A stretch of 64,000 bases of DNA from positions 816-64,815 of the IMG/VR virus record IMGVR_UViG_3300022682_000066; one strand, given 5' to 3'. Positions 8,931-19,181 of the stretch are shown here, in pieces. Each line of letters opens with the position of its first letter. The stretch's first letter is position 1. The notes under the pieces are model-generated. The model ran no database searches. It saw only the letters and a list, made by a program, of their open reading frames with translations, and was not told the DNA's origin. The position numbers and the translations under genes were made by a program. This stretch comes from a virus (taxonomy: Duplodnaviria; Caudoviricetes).

Positions 8931-10360
8931 GTACTAAACGAGTCGTTAGACGGCGCAACCCAGTAGCCGTTACCGCAGATGCCAATGCCAAGAAGCAAAA
9001 GCGTGCTGCCCTTAAGACGATGACCTCTGCACTGGTGATGCGGAGTAAGCTCGCGTCCGGGTTCAGTCAAAGCTTCGACGGTGAGCGTGATCTCTACACA
9101 GCCTTGGGCTACCCGTCTGCCTTGACCTACAAGCATTTCTGGCAGCGGTACCGCAGGCAGGATATCTGCAAGCGTATCGTCGAAGCATACCCCGACGCGA
9201 CTTGGCGCGGTTACCCCGATGTCTATGATGCCGATGCTCCGGAAGAGTCGAGTTTTACCACACAGTGGGGTCGCCTCGCCAGAGACTTGAAGGTGTACCA
9301 CTATTTCAATCGGGTGGACGTTCTTGCCGGAGTCGGTAGCTACGCCGTTCTGCTTATCGGTTTTCGGGAGACTGCCCCGGTCGATATGAGCAGGCCTCCC
9401 AACAACCCGAGCGAAGTCATTTATCTGAGCCCCTATTCTGAGGAAAACGCACAGATCGACAGTTACGACAATGACCCGACGAGCCCCCGCTATGGACTTC
9501 CTGAGCGATACAAGCTCACAATGGCGATCGAAGGCACCCACGCACCGTCGGGCAGCCGGACCCAGCTTGTCCATTGGACTCGGTGTATTCATGTTGCTGA
9601 GGGTCTGCTTGAGGATGAGATCTTCGGGACCCCGCGACTTGAGGCTGTGTTCAACCGTATTGAGGACCTGGCTCGTGTCGTCGGCGGTAGCGCCGAGATG
9701 TTCTGGAAGGGGGCTTTCCCCGGATACGGCTTCATTGCCAAGGACGGGGCTACTTGGGACGATCAAACGATTGAGGATTTCACGGACGAGGTGGAAGAGT
9801 ACTTCCACGGTCTGAAGAGATTCCTCAGAATGTCCGATACCGAGATCCATGATTTCGCGATGCAAGTCGCCAACCCGAAGAACCATTTCGACGTTTTGCT
9901 CACGCTGGTGGCAGGCACGACTGGAATCCCGCAGCGCATCCTGACTGGTTCGGAGCGAGGCGAGCTCGCCAGTAACCAGGATGAGGACAACTGGGACAAC
10001 CGTGTGGAGGAGCGCCGTATCGACTTCGCCGAGCCTACTATCATTCGCCCGTTCGTCGATCGCTTGGGCGGCTTCGGTATCCTAGACGTGCCGGAGAATT
10101 ACATCGTGGACTGGCCCGACTTGCAATCCCTATCGGAACGGGATCAGGCTGATATCGGCCTGGTTCGTGCCAAGACGGTAGCCGAGTATGTGCGGTCGGG
10201 CGGCGAGTCTCTCCTGCCCCCGCTGGAATTCTTGACAAGGGTTATGAATGTGCCTGCTGAAGAGGCACCGGGTATTCTGGAACAGGCGTATGCGCTCCTT
10301 GTGGAGGAGGAGGTTTCTTCCATAGAAGGCGGGGAATCTAATTCCGAAGAGGAGGGGTAG
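8927..10360 (+). CDS. portal protein (DUF1073-like)
   Basis: follows terL; VHWTRCIH, GTPRLE, TGIPQRILTG motifs; 477 aa. Confidence 0.88.
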   Translation: MSTKRVVRRRNPVAVTADANAKKQKRAALKTMTSALVMRSKLASGFSQSFDGERDLYTALGYPSALTYKHFWQRYRRQDICKRIVEAYPDATWRGYPDVYDADAPEESSFTTQWGRLARDLKVYHYFNRVDVLAGVGSYAVLLIGFRETAPVDMSRPPNNPSEVIYLSPYSEENAQIDSYDNDPTSPRYGLPERYKLTMAIEGTHAPSGSRTQLVHWTRCIHVAEGLLEDEIFGTPRLEAVFNRIEDLARVVGGSAEMFWKGAFPGYGFIAKDGATWDDQTIEDFTDEVEEYFHGLKRFLRMSDTEIHDFAMQVANPKNHFDVLLTLVAGTTGIPQRILTGSERGELASNQDEDNWDNRVEERRIDFAEPTIIRPFVDRLGGFGILDVPENYIVDWPDLQSLSERDQADIGLVRAKTVAEYVRSGGESLLPPLEFLTRVMNVPAEEAPGILEQAYALLVEEEVSSIEGGESNSEEEG

Positions 10361-10365
10361 GCGTC

Positions 10366-10959
10366 ATGGCGGACTATCGTTTCGATCTCGTCCCGTTGGT
10401 TTGTTACCGAACGGGCAAGTTGAAGGTGACTCAGCAGAACGAATGCACGCTGCAAAGCGGTACGTCTTTTCTCGCGCAGTATTACAACAAGGCGCTCGGT
10501 GCCGGTTCCTCCATTTCCCTGCTTTTCGTTACGCCAAACAACGACGACCTGACTGTCACGATGGAAGTGGGGTTCAGCGGGAGCAAGGCCGGGGAGATGG
10601 TCATTTGGGAAGCTCCGGCCGCTACTGCCGCTGCGAACCCCGTTGATGCGATTTGTCTCAATCGGAAGAACCCTACCGTGGCGACTTGTGTCGTGACGCA
10701 TACGCCTACGGGGGTGGATACCTCTGGAGCAACCAAGCTCAAGGATGACATTTTCGGTTCCGTTGGCGGAAACCCGAGTCAAGATGACACAGGCGGTGGC
10801 GGGGTGTCCAGAAACCGCCGAATGCTCAAGCCTAATACCAAGTACCTTATCACCCTGACCAACGATGACAGCACGGACCCCGGTGCATTTGAGCTGGATA
10901 TCTACTGGGACGAGATCGAATATCCGAACGATACCTATTACGCCAAGGAACTCGCGTAA
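10366..10959 (+). CDS. hypothetical beta-rich protein, possibly virion-associated
   Basis: 197 aa between portal and MuF, translationally coupled (TAATG) to the next gene. Confidence 0.65.
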   Translation: MADYRFDLVPLVCYRTGKLKVTQQNECTLQSGTSFLAQYYNKALGAGSSISLLFVTPNNDDLTVTMEVGFSGSKAGEMVIWEAPAATAAANPVDAICLNRKNPTVATCVVTHTPTGVDTSGATKLKDDIFGSVGGNPSQDDTGGGGVSRNRRMLKPNTKYLITLTNDDSTDPGAFELDIYWDEIEYPNDTYYAKELA

Positions 10960-12941
10960 TGTGCAACGTCTGTGATCATAAGGTCCCCCTGAGAAACGGC
11001 CAGCGGCTACGCCAGGACAGCCGTTCGAGCCGTACGGTGCGGGGCGGGTCTGGGCAACCTTCCCGCACCACCCTCAGGAGTGTGGTTCGTGCCAATGCGG
11101 TGCTTCGCATGGACCCCACGCGGACCACACTCCTCCGGCGGGCCTTTGTTGCAGACGTCACTCGTCGTTTCCGACGCCTTACAAGTGCGATTACCGAGGT
11201 CGTTGATAAGCGGGATGTCTTCGGGCTTCGTGACGCTGTTCCTAATCGGCTGGTATTCAGTGCGGCCCTCCCGGAGGCTCGTGCCTACGCTTTCCAGACC
11301 ACGAGCCGGAAGGTCGAGTCTTTCCTTGCTTGGATGGACGAAATGGTCGAAGACGAGATCCTTCAAGTGACTACGCGAACGGGCGGGCGGCCCGGTATCG
11401 ATTCACATTGGTCGGATGTCTACGTTCGGCAGGCGTACCAACGCGGGGTGGATCGTGCTCAAACAGAGCTGGGTAAGGTCGGATACGAGATTCCTGACGC
11501 CGGGATTGAGGGCTTGTTCAATCAGCCCGTACATGCTGATCGTCTCGGCGTGCTGTTTACCAGGACGTTCCATGACCTGAAGGGGATCACAGGGGGCATG
11601 AGCAACCAGATTGCTCGTGTGCTCACCCAGGGGATGGCGGAAGGGAAGAACCCGTTGGAAATTGCACGGATTCTCAATCGGACAATCAAAGGCGGGAAGG
11701 GGTTGCCCCCGATCCAGGTGCGCGGCGGCGCGACAATGTCGCCTCTTCAGCGAGCGAAGACTCTAGCCCGGACAGAAATCATTCGCGCACACCATGTCGC
11801 TACGATTGCCGAGTACGAACGGGCAGGCATAGACGGTGTCAAGGTTCAAGCCGAGTGGGGAACGGCTGGTGACGATCGAGTGTGCGAGCAATGTGCTAGT
11901 CTGGAAGGTACAATTTATACTCTGGACGAGATCCGCGCGTTGATTCCGGCGCACCCCAATTGTCGGTGCGTGGCGTTGCCTGTGTTGCCTGATGAAGGAG
12001 AAGCCGCTCCAGACGTGCCGATTGCTGATCCAGTTGCAGCGTCGATTACGGATCGGGGCTTGCGCGGACACTATCTTGCGGAGAAGGCGGATCATGTGAC
12101 GTGGCTCGCTTCGTTGGATCCGACGATGGTTGCCAATGCACGGACATTCATGGCGGAGATTCGTAAGCAGGCTGCTCGTCTGCCTGGTAAAGTGGATTAC
12201 GCTTTGAAAGACGCTATGAAGCGGGACTACCTCAGATTCCGGGCGGAGTTGAAGACGCGATTGGGCAAGATGGACCTTCCTGAATTCAACGCAGCGTCTT
12301 ACGATCAACCCTGGAGCGTCTCTTCGATGGAAAAGGGGCTTTTTGATTGGCAGCAAGATTCGGTGAAGAAAGGGCCGATGACGATTCGTGCTATTGCCAC
12401 TGAAGTCGAACAAGGGATTACTCCCTTCAAGAAGCTCGAGGGGTTGGTACAGTCAATTGACGCTGAATACGGTTATACCGCGGACGAGTTGTTCATGGTA
12501 GCGGATACGATCGACGCCCAGCAGTCGTATGTGTCGTTGCGGGCGCTCAATCAGGCGTACATGGACTATATCGGGATGCCCAAAACGGTCACGTTGTATC
12601 GGGGTACTGAAGGGTTGGTTGGGCAACGATATGCTCAATTGATTAAGCAGGCACTCGATAACCCTGGGAGCCCTTCTAGAAACAAGTTCTTTGTCGAGAA
12701 TATGCCTTTGTCGGGATACTCCAAATATGAAAAGCAGGCAGATCGGTTTGGGTATCGCCATAAAGGCATTACTGTTCGGATCAAGGTCCCTCGGGAGGAT
12801 ATCGTTGTTCATGAGGATCTCCTGAGTGGGGCGAATTCTGAATATTGGGGCGAAGGGGAGTCAATTGTTCTCGGTAAGAAGCGGCAGATTCCTTTGAAGG
12901 ATATCAAGACCTGGGAAAAGCCGGAGTTCGGTGAATTATGA
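10959..12941 (+). CDS. MuF/SPP1 gp7 head morphogenesis protein with C-terminal ADP-ribosyltransferase-like extension
   Basis: RAKTLARTE...DDRVCEQC...PAHPNCRC (MuF); C-terminal TLYRG...LSGYS...GEGESIV. Confidence 0.85.
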   Translation: MCNVCDHKVPLRNGQRLRQDSRSSRTVRGGSGQPSRTTLRSVVRANAVLRMDPTRTTLLRRAFVADVTRRFRRLTSAITEVVDKRDVFGLRDAVPNRLVFSAALPEARAYAFQTTSRKVESFLAWMDEMVEDEILQVTTRTGGRPGIDSHWSDVYVRQAYQRGVDRAQTELGKVGYEIPDAGIEGLFNQPVHADRLGVLFTRTFHDLKGITGGMSNQIARVLTQGMAEGKNPLEIARILNRTIKGGKGLPPIQVRGGATMSPLQRAKTLARTEIIRAHHVATIAEYERAGIDGVKVQAEWGTAGDDRVCEQCASLEGTIYTLDEIRALIPAHPNCRCVALPVLPDEGEAAPDVPIADPVAASITDRGLRGHYLAEKADHVTWLASLDPTMVANARTFMAEIRKQAARLPGKVDYALKDAMKRDYLRFRAELKTRLGKMDLPEFNAASYDQPWSVSSMEKGLFDWQQDSVKKGPMTIRAIATEVEQGITPFKKLEGLVQSIDAEYGYTADELFMVADTIDAQQSYVSLRALNQAYMDYIGMPKTVTLYRGTEGLVGQRYAQLIKQALDNPGSPSRNKFFVENMPLSGYSKYEKQADRFGYRHKGITVRIKVPREDIVVHEDLLSGANSEYWGEGESIVLGKKRQIPLKDIKTWEKPEFGEL

Positions 12942-13132
12942 TAGAACGTGATGTCAGAGCAGTGGATGTCGACGAGAACGGGGATACCGTGTTCGATTTG
13001 GCTGCTGATGCAGCTAACGCGGATTGGATTCGTGCAGCCCGTTTGCGGGAGCGAGCGGACGCTGGTGACGAGGAAGCTCTGGCGAAGCTCGAGACTTTGT
13101 TCAACACCTCGATGGTGGAGGTAGTGCGGTAA
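12938..13132 (+). CDS. small acidic protein, candidate MuF-toxin partner
   Basis: 64 aa, ATGA-coupled to the MuF stop. Confidence 0.55.
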   Translation: MIERDVRAVDVDENGDTVFDLAADAANADWIRAARLRERADAGDEEALAKLETLFNTSMVEVVR

Positions 13133-13878
13133 TGGATAAGCCGATTGAATACCCCGTGTGTTTCGTCCACATGCTGCGGACCGGCGGAACCAGCCTTTCT
13201 CGCATGGTGCGGGATGTGCTTGGGGACCAGTGTATACATCGGACGCATCAGGCCGAGCTCATCCGCGACATCCTGATTGCCGACAGGAGCAGGAACAGGC
13301 TCTGGATCGGAGGGCACTTCCTCGCAAAGCAGTGGCGGCGATTTGTTGGGACCCACCAACTCGTCACGTTCCTGCGTCACCCGGCAACGCGAATCAAAAG
13401 CTACTATCGACTCATCCTCGACTCGCCCCAGCACGGACAGCACGAGCGCGTTCGTAAGATGACTTTCCGCGAGTTTGTTCTGGACAACAAGGAGACCAAC
13501 GGGATGATTCAACGTCTGCTTGGTCGTAAGGTGGTGGGGTTCGATCGAGCGGCCGTGGACGAGGCGATGCTGGTGCTGAAGCAATTCGCCTACGTGGGTA
13601 TCTTTGAAGAATTCTACTCCGATGTGAAGGATCTTTTTTCAAAGGTTGGTCTCACACCTCCCTCCGTGGTCACCTACGCCAATTGGACCGACCCTTCCCG
13701 GCATCCGGAAACCGAGAGCATGGCCTCTTTTGAAATTGAGGAGGTCAACGCTTCTGATGTGGTGCTCTGGTCCAGTGTTCGATACCAGGGGGAGGGTTGC
13801 AAACGGTATGCCGGGAATGACCGTCCCGAGGAAACCGCTGCTCTGGATGAAAAAACGGCACGAATTCGAGGCTCGTAA
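13132..13878 (+). CDS. sulfotransferase-family protein
   Basis: FVHMLRTGGTSL (5'-PSB loop-like), TFLRHPATRIKSYY (3'-PB-like), YVGIFE. Confidence 0.8.
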   Translation: MDKPIEYPVCFVHMLRTGGTSLSRMVRDVLGDQCIHRTHQAELIRDILIADRSRNRLWIGGHFLAKQWRRFVGTHQLVTFLRHPATRIKSYYRLILDSPQHGQHERVRKMTFREFVLDNKETNGMIQRLLGRKVVGFDRAAVDEAMLVLKQFAYVGIFEEFYSDVKDLFSKVGLTPPSVVTYANWTDPSRHPETESMASFEIEEVNASDVVLWSSVRYQGEGCKRYAGNDRPEETAALDEKTARIRGS

Positions 13879-14008
13879 CCTATTGGAATAAGAAGTGAAT
13901 CCATCCTAAAGAAAAAGGCGTATTAGGATATATGAAAAAGGCTCAATGGCAAGACAGGCAGCATAGAACGCCAATGATAGGAAAGTAAGAAAAAACCGGA
14001 GATCAGCT

Positions 14009-15661
14009 ATGCCGACACCCAGAACTCGCCAATCGAAACCCCGGACCCCATTAGGCTGCCCGACGGGAAGCCGCCAGCAGGTCACGTTCAATTTTGAGTC
14101 CTACTCGACTCGTCGAGAGACGTTCGAGGGACGGGAGTATCTGGTGGTGCCCGTTGTGATGATGGTCGAGGGCGTCCACCACGGATCCGCCGGCCCGATG
14201 CTTTACACCGCCGAGGAGTTGGCCAAGTTTCCTGGTGCGTGGGACGGCCGCCCGGTTCCGATTTTCCATCCGGAGCAGGACGGCTATCAGATTTCGTGCA
14301 ACCAACCCGACGTCCTCGAGCAACAAACAGTCGGCTGGTTGTTCAATACTTCGTTCAATGGGGGCAAGCTCAGGTCGGAGGCATGGATTGATGTTGAGAA
14401 GTGTGAGCGCGTGAGCTCCGCGACTCTTCTTGCCCTCCGGAACGGGCACCCCATGGACGTGAGCACCGGGTTGTGGTCCGAGGATATGGAAGTCCAAGGG
14501 ACCTGGAATGGTGAGCACTATACATCAATCGCTCAGCACATTCGCCCCGATCATCTTGCCTTGCTTCCCGGAGGCCAAGGGGCCTGCGGGTGGGCGGACG
14601 GCTGCGGTGTGCGAGCAAACCAGCGGAAGGAGGAACAGATGGTGCGAGACGGTAACGGCAGCGCATCCAATTCGTGGTTGAGGAGGCTCGCCGCGTCGAT
14701 GGGATTCGCTTCGCATGAGAAACCCGCCCCGGAAAGCCGGATGGTGGAGAACGCAATGAGCTATCAGGACATCTCCCGGTCGCTCCAGCGTCTGGTCGAC
14801 AGCTGGGACGGGCAGGGAAAGGTTCACTTCGTCAAAGCAGTCTATGACGATTACTTCGTCTACGAGATTGCGGCGGAGAGCGAAAGCCAGAGCGGGCTGT
14901 TCCGTCAGGACTACTCCATCAACGAGGAATCGGGCGAGGTCACTCTGTCGGGCGAAAACCAGCGCGTGATTGAGCAGCGGGACTTTGTCGCAGTCAATGC
15001 CGACGAAGAAAACGCATCTGCCGCCGAAGCCGATGAGGCCGGCGATAACCCTGAAAATGTTCACCACAACAAGGAGGAATCCGAAATGAAAGTGAACAAG
15101 CAGATCCAGGCAATGGTGGACGGTCTCATCAAGAATGAGGCAACCCCGTTCACCGAAAATGACGAGGAGCATCTCAAGGGCTTCAGCGAGTGCGTCCTCA
15201 AGGCCCTCTCCGAGCGGTACGCGGCTTCCGAAGAGTCCGAGGGAACCGTGGGAACCGAGGGAACCGGCAACGAGGCTTCCGAGGCTCCCACGGCGTCCAA
15301 GGACACCGAGGACACCTCCGGCAAGGACCCCCAGGCTCCCGTGGCTTCCGCGGACGCCGAGGGAACCGTCACCATGAAGGTGGACGACCTGCAGAAGCTC
15401 GTGGACAACGCGGTCTCCCAGCGGCTCGAGAACGACCAGAAGGCCGAGATCATCGAGCAGCTGAAGGCCAACAAGTGCGATATCGAGGACACCGCGCTCC
15501 AGGGCATGAACGTCCCGACGCTGGAGAAGATGCTCCAGTTGTACCAGCCGGACTTTTCCGGCCGCGGTACCTACCGCACCCAGGCCGGCGCCGATTTCAA
15601 GGACAACGCGGCTCCGAAGATGCCGGGCGTGGTCATGGCCGAAGAGTCCAAGACTCAGTAG
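14009..15661 (+). CDS. prohead protease/scaffold (DUF2213-like)
   Basis: YLVVPVVMMVEGV, WDGRPVPIFHP, DVSTG, PDHLALLPGGQGAC; acidic scaffold-like C-terminus. Confidence 0.8.
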   Translation: MPTPRTRQSKPRTPLGCPTGSRQQVTFNFESYSTRRETFEGREYLVVPVVMMVEGVHHGSAGPMLYTAEELAKFPGAWDGRPVPIFHPEQDGYQISCNQPDVLEQQTVGWLFNTSFNGGKLRSEAWIDVEKCERVSSATLLALRNGHPMDVSTGLWSEDMEVQGTWNGEHYTSIAQHIRPDHLALLPGGQGACGWADGCGVRANQRKEEQMVRDGNGSASNSWLRRLAASMGFASHEKPAPESRMVENAMSYQDISRSLQRLVDSWDGQGKVHFVKAVYDDYFVYEIAAESESQSGLFRQDYSINEESGEVTLSGENQRVIEQRDFVAVNADEENASAAEADEAGDNPENVHHNKEESEMKVNKQIQAMVDGLIKNEATPFTENDEEHLKGFSECVLKALSERYAASEESEGTVGTEGTGNEASEAPTASKDTEDTSGKDPQAPVASADAEGTVTMKVDDLQKLVDNAVSQRLENDQKAEIIEQLKANKCDIEDTALQGMNVPTLEKMLQLYQPDFSGRGTYRTQAGADFKDNAAPKMPGVVMAEESKTQ

Positions 15662-15694
15662 GCTGCAACATCAGGACTCAAGGAGGAAACTGAT

Positions 15695-16165
15695 ATGAGT
15701 TCCTACAAGACTGTTATCGTCAAGGGGAATCCCCTTACGAAAGAGGCCGAAGCTGGCGAAGCGATCACTCCGGGTCACCTCGTCACCCTCGATTCCAGCA
15801 ATGAGCTGATCAAGCATGCCACGGCGGGCGGGAACGCCATTCCGCGGTTCGCGATCGAGAACAGCGACATCGGCGATGACGTCGACGATGCCTACGCGGA
15901 CGGCGACAACGCCAAATACGTGGTGGCCCGGCGGGGCGATGAGATTCAGGCGCTGCTCGCAGCCAGCCAGACCATCGTGATCGGTGATGCGCTGGTTTCC
16001 AACGGCGATGGTACCCTGAAGAAGTACTCGGCCGAAACCATCACCCTCGCCACCGGCACCGAGACCCTGGACGAAACGATCTACGACACCACTATCGTGG
16101 GCTACGCCCTGGAGGCCAACGCTTCCTCTTCCGCGGGTGACAAGCTCCTGATCGAGGCCGCGTAG
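15695..16165 (+). CDS. capsid decoration/cement protein
   Basis: AGEAITPGHLV, IVIGDALVSNGDGTL, VGYALEA; sits between scaffold and MCP. Confidence 0.75.
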   Translation: MSSYKTVIVKGNPLTKEAEAGEAITPGHLVTLDSSNELIKHATAGGNAIPRFAIENSDIGDDVDDAYADGDNAKYVVARRGDEIQALLAASQTIVIGDALVSNGDGTLKKYSAETITLATGTETLDETIYDTTIVGYALEANASSSAGDKLLIEAA

Positions 16166-16195
16166 GCAAAACTGAACCTGAGAAGGAGGAATACC

Positions 16196-17230
16196 ATGAA
16201 AGGCCATGCCAATCTCAGTTCGCCGATGGGGTTCGTCGGTAACGGTGGGGGTGCCCCTCACCTGATCGCCAACTTCGTCGCGAACGACTTCGACGTCAAC
16301 GCGCTCCGGACGAACGCTCTCCTGCAGAAGGACGAGTGGATCCTGCTGGACGATGCCGTTATCGGTGTCGCCCGACAGCGGCTCGCAGGCATTGCGGACC
16401 TTCGTGCCCGCAACCTGGTTCACAACCTGGGCGGGCTGGGCGTGCTCACTTCCGAGTGGGAGAACGTTTCCAGCATGACTGAGGCCGATGTGGACATGGG
16501 TGGCGAAACCCCGGGTCGCGAAGACACCGTCGGGTTCGATACCCAGGGCGTCCCGGTGCCCATCATCCACAAGGGCTACCGTCTGAACATCCGGCGCCTG
16601 ATGGCGTCCCGCCGGTCGGGGCAGTCCATCGACACCATCCAGGCGGTCGAGGCCTCGCGGAAGGTCGCGCTGAAGCTCGAGGACATCCTGTTCAACGGCT
16701 ACAGCATCAAGAATGACGGCTACACCGTCTACGGCTACACCAACTACCCCTATCGCCTGCGGACCAATATCGGCACGGCGTGGGACGCTACGAACCCGAC
16801 CCCGTACGAGGACGTTCTCCACATGGTCGAGACTGCCGCCGACGCGGGCTTCTACGGCCCGTTCTACCTGTACGTCCCGTCCAACTACTGGGCGGCCCTG
16901 CAGGAAGACTACGACGACTACAAGGACGGCACTCACATCGACCGTATCCTTCGCATCCGCGAAGTCGCGGAGGTCAAGGTGTCGGATGTGATCGCCGAAA
17001 CGGAGGTCGTGCTCGTGCAGATGTCCCCCGATGTGGTGGACCTCGCCATGGGCCAGGACATCAGCAACGTCGAGTGGAACAGCCTCGGCGGCCTGGTCCA
17101 GCACATGAAGGTCATGGGCGCCATGGTTCCGCGTCTCAAGTATGCGGAATACGAAGGCGATGCCGGCGGCGAAGTCACCGGTATCGTTCATGCCTTCGAA
17201 GCCAGCGCCTCCTCCACCACCACGGCCTAG
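16196..17230 (+). CDS. major capsid protein (HK97 fold, linocin/encapsulin-like)
   Basis: 344 aa, strong codon bias; EWILLDDAV, PVPIIHKGY, GFYGPFYLYV; ends ASASSTTTA. Confidence 0.88.
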   Translation: MKGHANLSSPMGFVGNGGGAPHLIANFVANDFDVNALRTNALLQKDEWILLDDAVIGVARQRLAGIADLRARNLVHNLGGLGVLTSEWENVSSMTEADVDMGGETPGREDTVGFDTQGVPVPIIHKGYRLNIRRLMASRRSGQSIDTIQAVEASRKVALKLEDILFNGYSIKNDGYTVYGYTNYPYRLRTNIGTAWDATNPTPYEDVLHMVETAADAGFYGPFYLYVPSNYWAALQEDYDDYKDGTHIDRILRIREVAEVKVSDVIAETEVVLVQMSPDVVDLAMGQDISNVEWNSLGGLVQHMKVMGAMVPRLKYAEYEGDAGGEVTGIVHAFEASASSTTTA

Positions 17231-17266
17231 CAGTAGGTAGTGGTAAACTCGAAGAAGGAGTCTGTT

Positions 17267-17698
17267 ATGGCCAAAACCGACAGGAAGGAATACCGGCTGA
17301 AACGTGGGCGGTACAACCGTCGTATGGGAGGGGAGGTCGCTCTGCTTCGGCCTGGCGACCGCTTCTTCCCCACCGGAGTCGAGGTTGCTCGGCTCGGAGA
17401 TCAGATCGAGCCCACGGGCCGGCTGCACTCCGAAGTCGTCGAGGCGGCGGAATCGCCGAAGAAGCCCTCGCGCAAGGTGGCGCGGGTGTCCGCCCCTGCC
17501 AAGTCCCCCAAAACGGCTGACGCGGCCCCGAAGGAAGCGGAGAATCCCGCTCCGGCGCCCGCTGCCAAGGGGGAGAAGGCCGGGAAGCTCCTCGTTACGG
17601 AGGCTCTCCAGGGCGGATGGTTCGTCTTGTCCGACGGTCGCAAGATCCACGGCAAGAAGGCCCTCGAGAAGGTCCTGAAGGAGGAGGGTGATGGCTAG
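17267..17698 (+). CDS. hypothetical head-associated protein with Ala/Pro/Lys linker
   Basis: ATG 17267 with AAGGAG RBS; follows MCP. Confidence 0.7.
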   Translation: MAKTDRKEYRLKRGRYNRRMGGEVALLRPGDRFFPTGVEVARLGDQIEPTGRLHSEVVEAAESPKKPSRKVARVSAPAKSPKTADAAPKEAENPAPAPAAKGEKAGKLLVTEALQGGWFVLSDGRKIHGKKALEKVLKEEGDG

Positions 17699-18071
17699 GG
17701 TCACGGCAGACGAGGTGAAAGAGATTCTGGAAGTCTCAGCTGATGTGCTGGCGACCACCCCAGACCTCACTCCGTTCATTACCTCTGCGAACCTCTTGGT
17801 TACGGATTTGCTTGGCACGTCCAGCTTGTCCAGTGACCAACTCAAAGAGATTGAGCGGTGGTTAGCGGCCCACTTCGTCGCAATCCGAGACCCGCGCCGT
17901 TCCTACGAGCGAGCAGGATCCGTCGGCGAGGGGTTCCAGCACCGGTTGGGGTTGAGGCTTGAAGTCACGACATACGGACAACAGGCTATCGCACTCGACA
18001 CGACTGGAACCCTCGCCGATGTCAACGAAACTGGCGGAAAGCGTTCCGCTATGGTGAAGGCGTTGAAATGA
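17688..18071 (+). CDS. head-tail adaptor
   Basis: IERWLAAHF...TTYGQQ motif typical of adaptor proteins; position. Confidence 0.75.
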   Translation: MMARVTADEVKEILEVSADVLATTPDLTPFITSANLLVTDLLGTSSLSSDQLKEIERWLAAHFVAIRDPRRSYERAGSVGEGFQHRLGLRLEVTTYGQQAIALDTTGTLADVNETGGKRSAMVKALK

Positions 18072-18427
18072 GCATCATCACACGAATGCTGAAACAGACC
18101 GCTACTTACTGGCCTGCCAGTCCCGATGGTTACGGGGGTTTCGTTTTTGGAGCTCCCGCAGCCATCGACTGCCGCTGGGAGGACAGAGCAGAGCGGTTCA
18201 CAACTGAAGACGGACGGGAGGAGGTCTCCCAATCCGTGGTGTATGTAGACCGGGACTTGGAGGTTGGCGACTACATTGCTCTGGGCGACTATTCAATGTC
18301 AACGTCGACCACGACCACCGGGGAGGAACCCTCGTTCACTCCTCCGGCGGGAGCCAGACCCATTCGCGCATTCGGCAAGTTGCCGAATCTGCGGAATACC
18401 GAGTACCTGAGGACAGCATGGCTCTAA
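18068..18427 (+). CDS. head-closure protein
   Basis: QTATYW...DGYGG...IDCRWE; internal SMSTSTTTT. Confidence 0.7.
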   Translation: MSIITRMLKQTATYWPASPDGYGGFVFGAPAAIDCRWEDRAERFTTEDGREEVSQSVVYVDRDLEVGDYIALGDYSMSTSTTTTGEEPSFTPPAGARPIRAFGKLPNLRNTEYLRTAWL

Positions 18428-18780
18428 CAGGAATGGCTACGGTGATCAAGAATATGACGGCCGAGATGCAGCGGGTTCAAGAGCGTACCCGAGGTGGGAT
18501 GCACCGCGCAGTTCTAACCGTTAAGCGAGCAAGCATGAAGCAGACTCCGGTGGATACCGGTAATCTGATGCACAGCCACGACACCGAGGTCTTTTCCCAG
18601 GGCATGACGATCATTGGCGAGATCCGCGTCACTGCAGATTACGCGGTTTACGTTCATGAGATGCCCGAGAGCTATAACTTCAGGCGCCCTGGTTCGGGTC
18701 CGAAGTTCCTTGAAAAAGCACTGTATGAGAACCAGCAGAAAGTGATAGACATATTGGCTCGAGCCGGGAGGATTCGATGA
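18418..18780 (+). CDS. HK97 gp10-like neck/tail completion protein
   Basis: TPVDTGNL, YAVYVHE, PKFLEKAL. Confidence 0.8.
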   Translation: MALTGMATVIKNMTAEMQRVQERTRGGMHRAVLTVKRASMKQTPVDTGNLMHSHDTEVFSQGMTIIGEIRVTADYAVYVHEMPESYNFRRPGSGPKFLEKALYENQQKVIDILARAGRIR

Positions 18781-19169
18781 ATTCCGTTGCTGAAGACCTT
18801 AAGGACCTTCTTGTTGCGGAAGGGGTTGCTACTTTCGAGAGTAACCTGTTTTTCGACTTGCTTCCTGATCGCCCCGACCTTTGTGCCGCTGTGCGCGAGA
18901 CTGGTAGCTGGCGTATGCCAGAAGCTAACACTGGTATCGAGTACCCTACGGCGCAGGTATTGGTCCGGGGCGGGGCCAACAATATCCTGGGTGCCAGGGA
19001 TTTCATGCAGAGCATCTACGCGGCTATTCGCGATGCTCTCCCACAAACGATAAACTCGACCTGGTATGGCGGGTTCTGGGTAGCCTCAGGACCGGCAAGC
19101 ATCGGTCGGGATGAACGGCAGAGGCCCGTATATAGCGTCAACTTCCGCATCATGCGGGGCGACGAATAA
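18777..19169 (+). CDS. tail terminator
   Basis: YPTAQVLVRG, GRDERQRPVYSVNF; precedes the tail tube gene. Confidence 0.7.
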   Translation: MNSVAEDLKDLLVAEGVATFESNLFFDLLPDRPDLCAAVRETGSWRMPEANTGIEYPTAQVLVRGGANNILGARDFMQSIYAAIRDALPQTINSTWYGGFWVASGPASIGRDERQRPVYSVNFRIMRGDE

Positions 19170-19181
19170 GGAGGAAACACC

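Noticed and set aside
16196-17230. Encapsulin nanocompartment
   Set aside because: Context (terminase, portal, scaffold, neck, tail) identifies it as the phage major capsid protein
15671-17845. 724-aa ORF on the - strand opposite the capsid genes
   Set aside because: Antisense shadow of strongly codon-biased genes; no RBS or recognisable motifs
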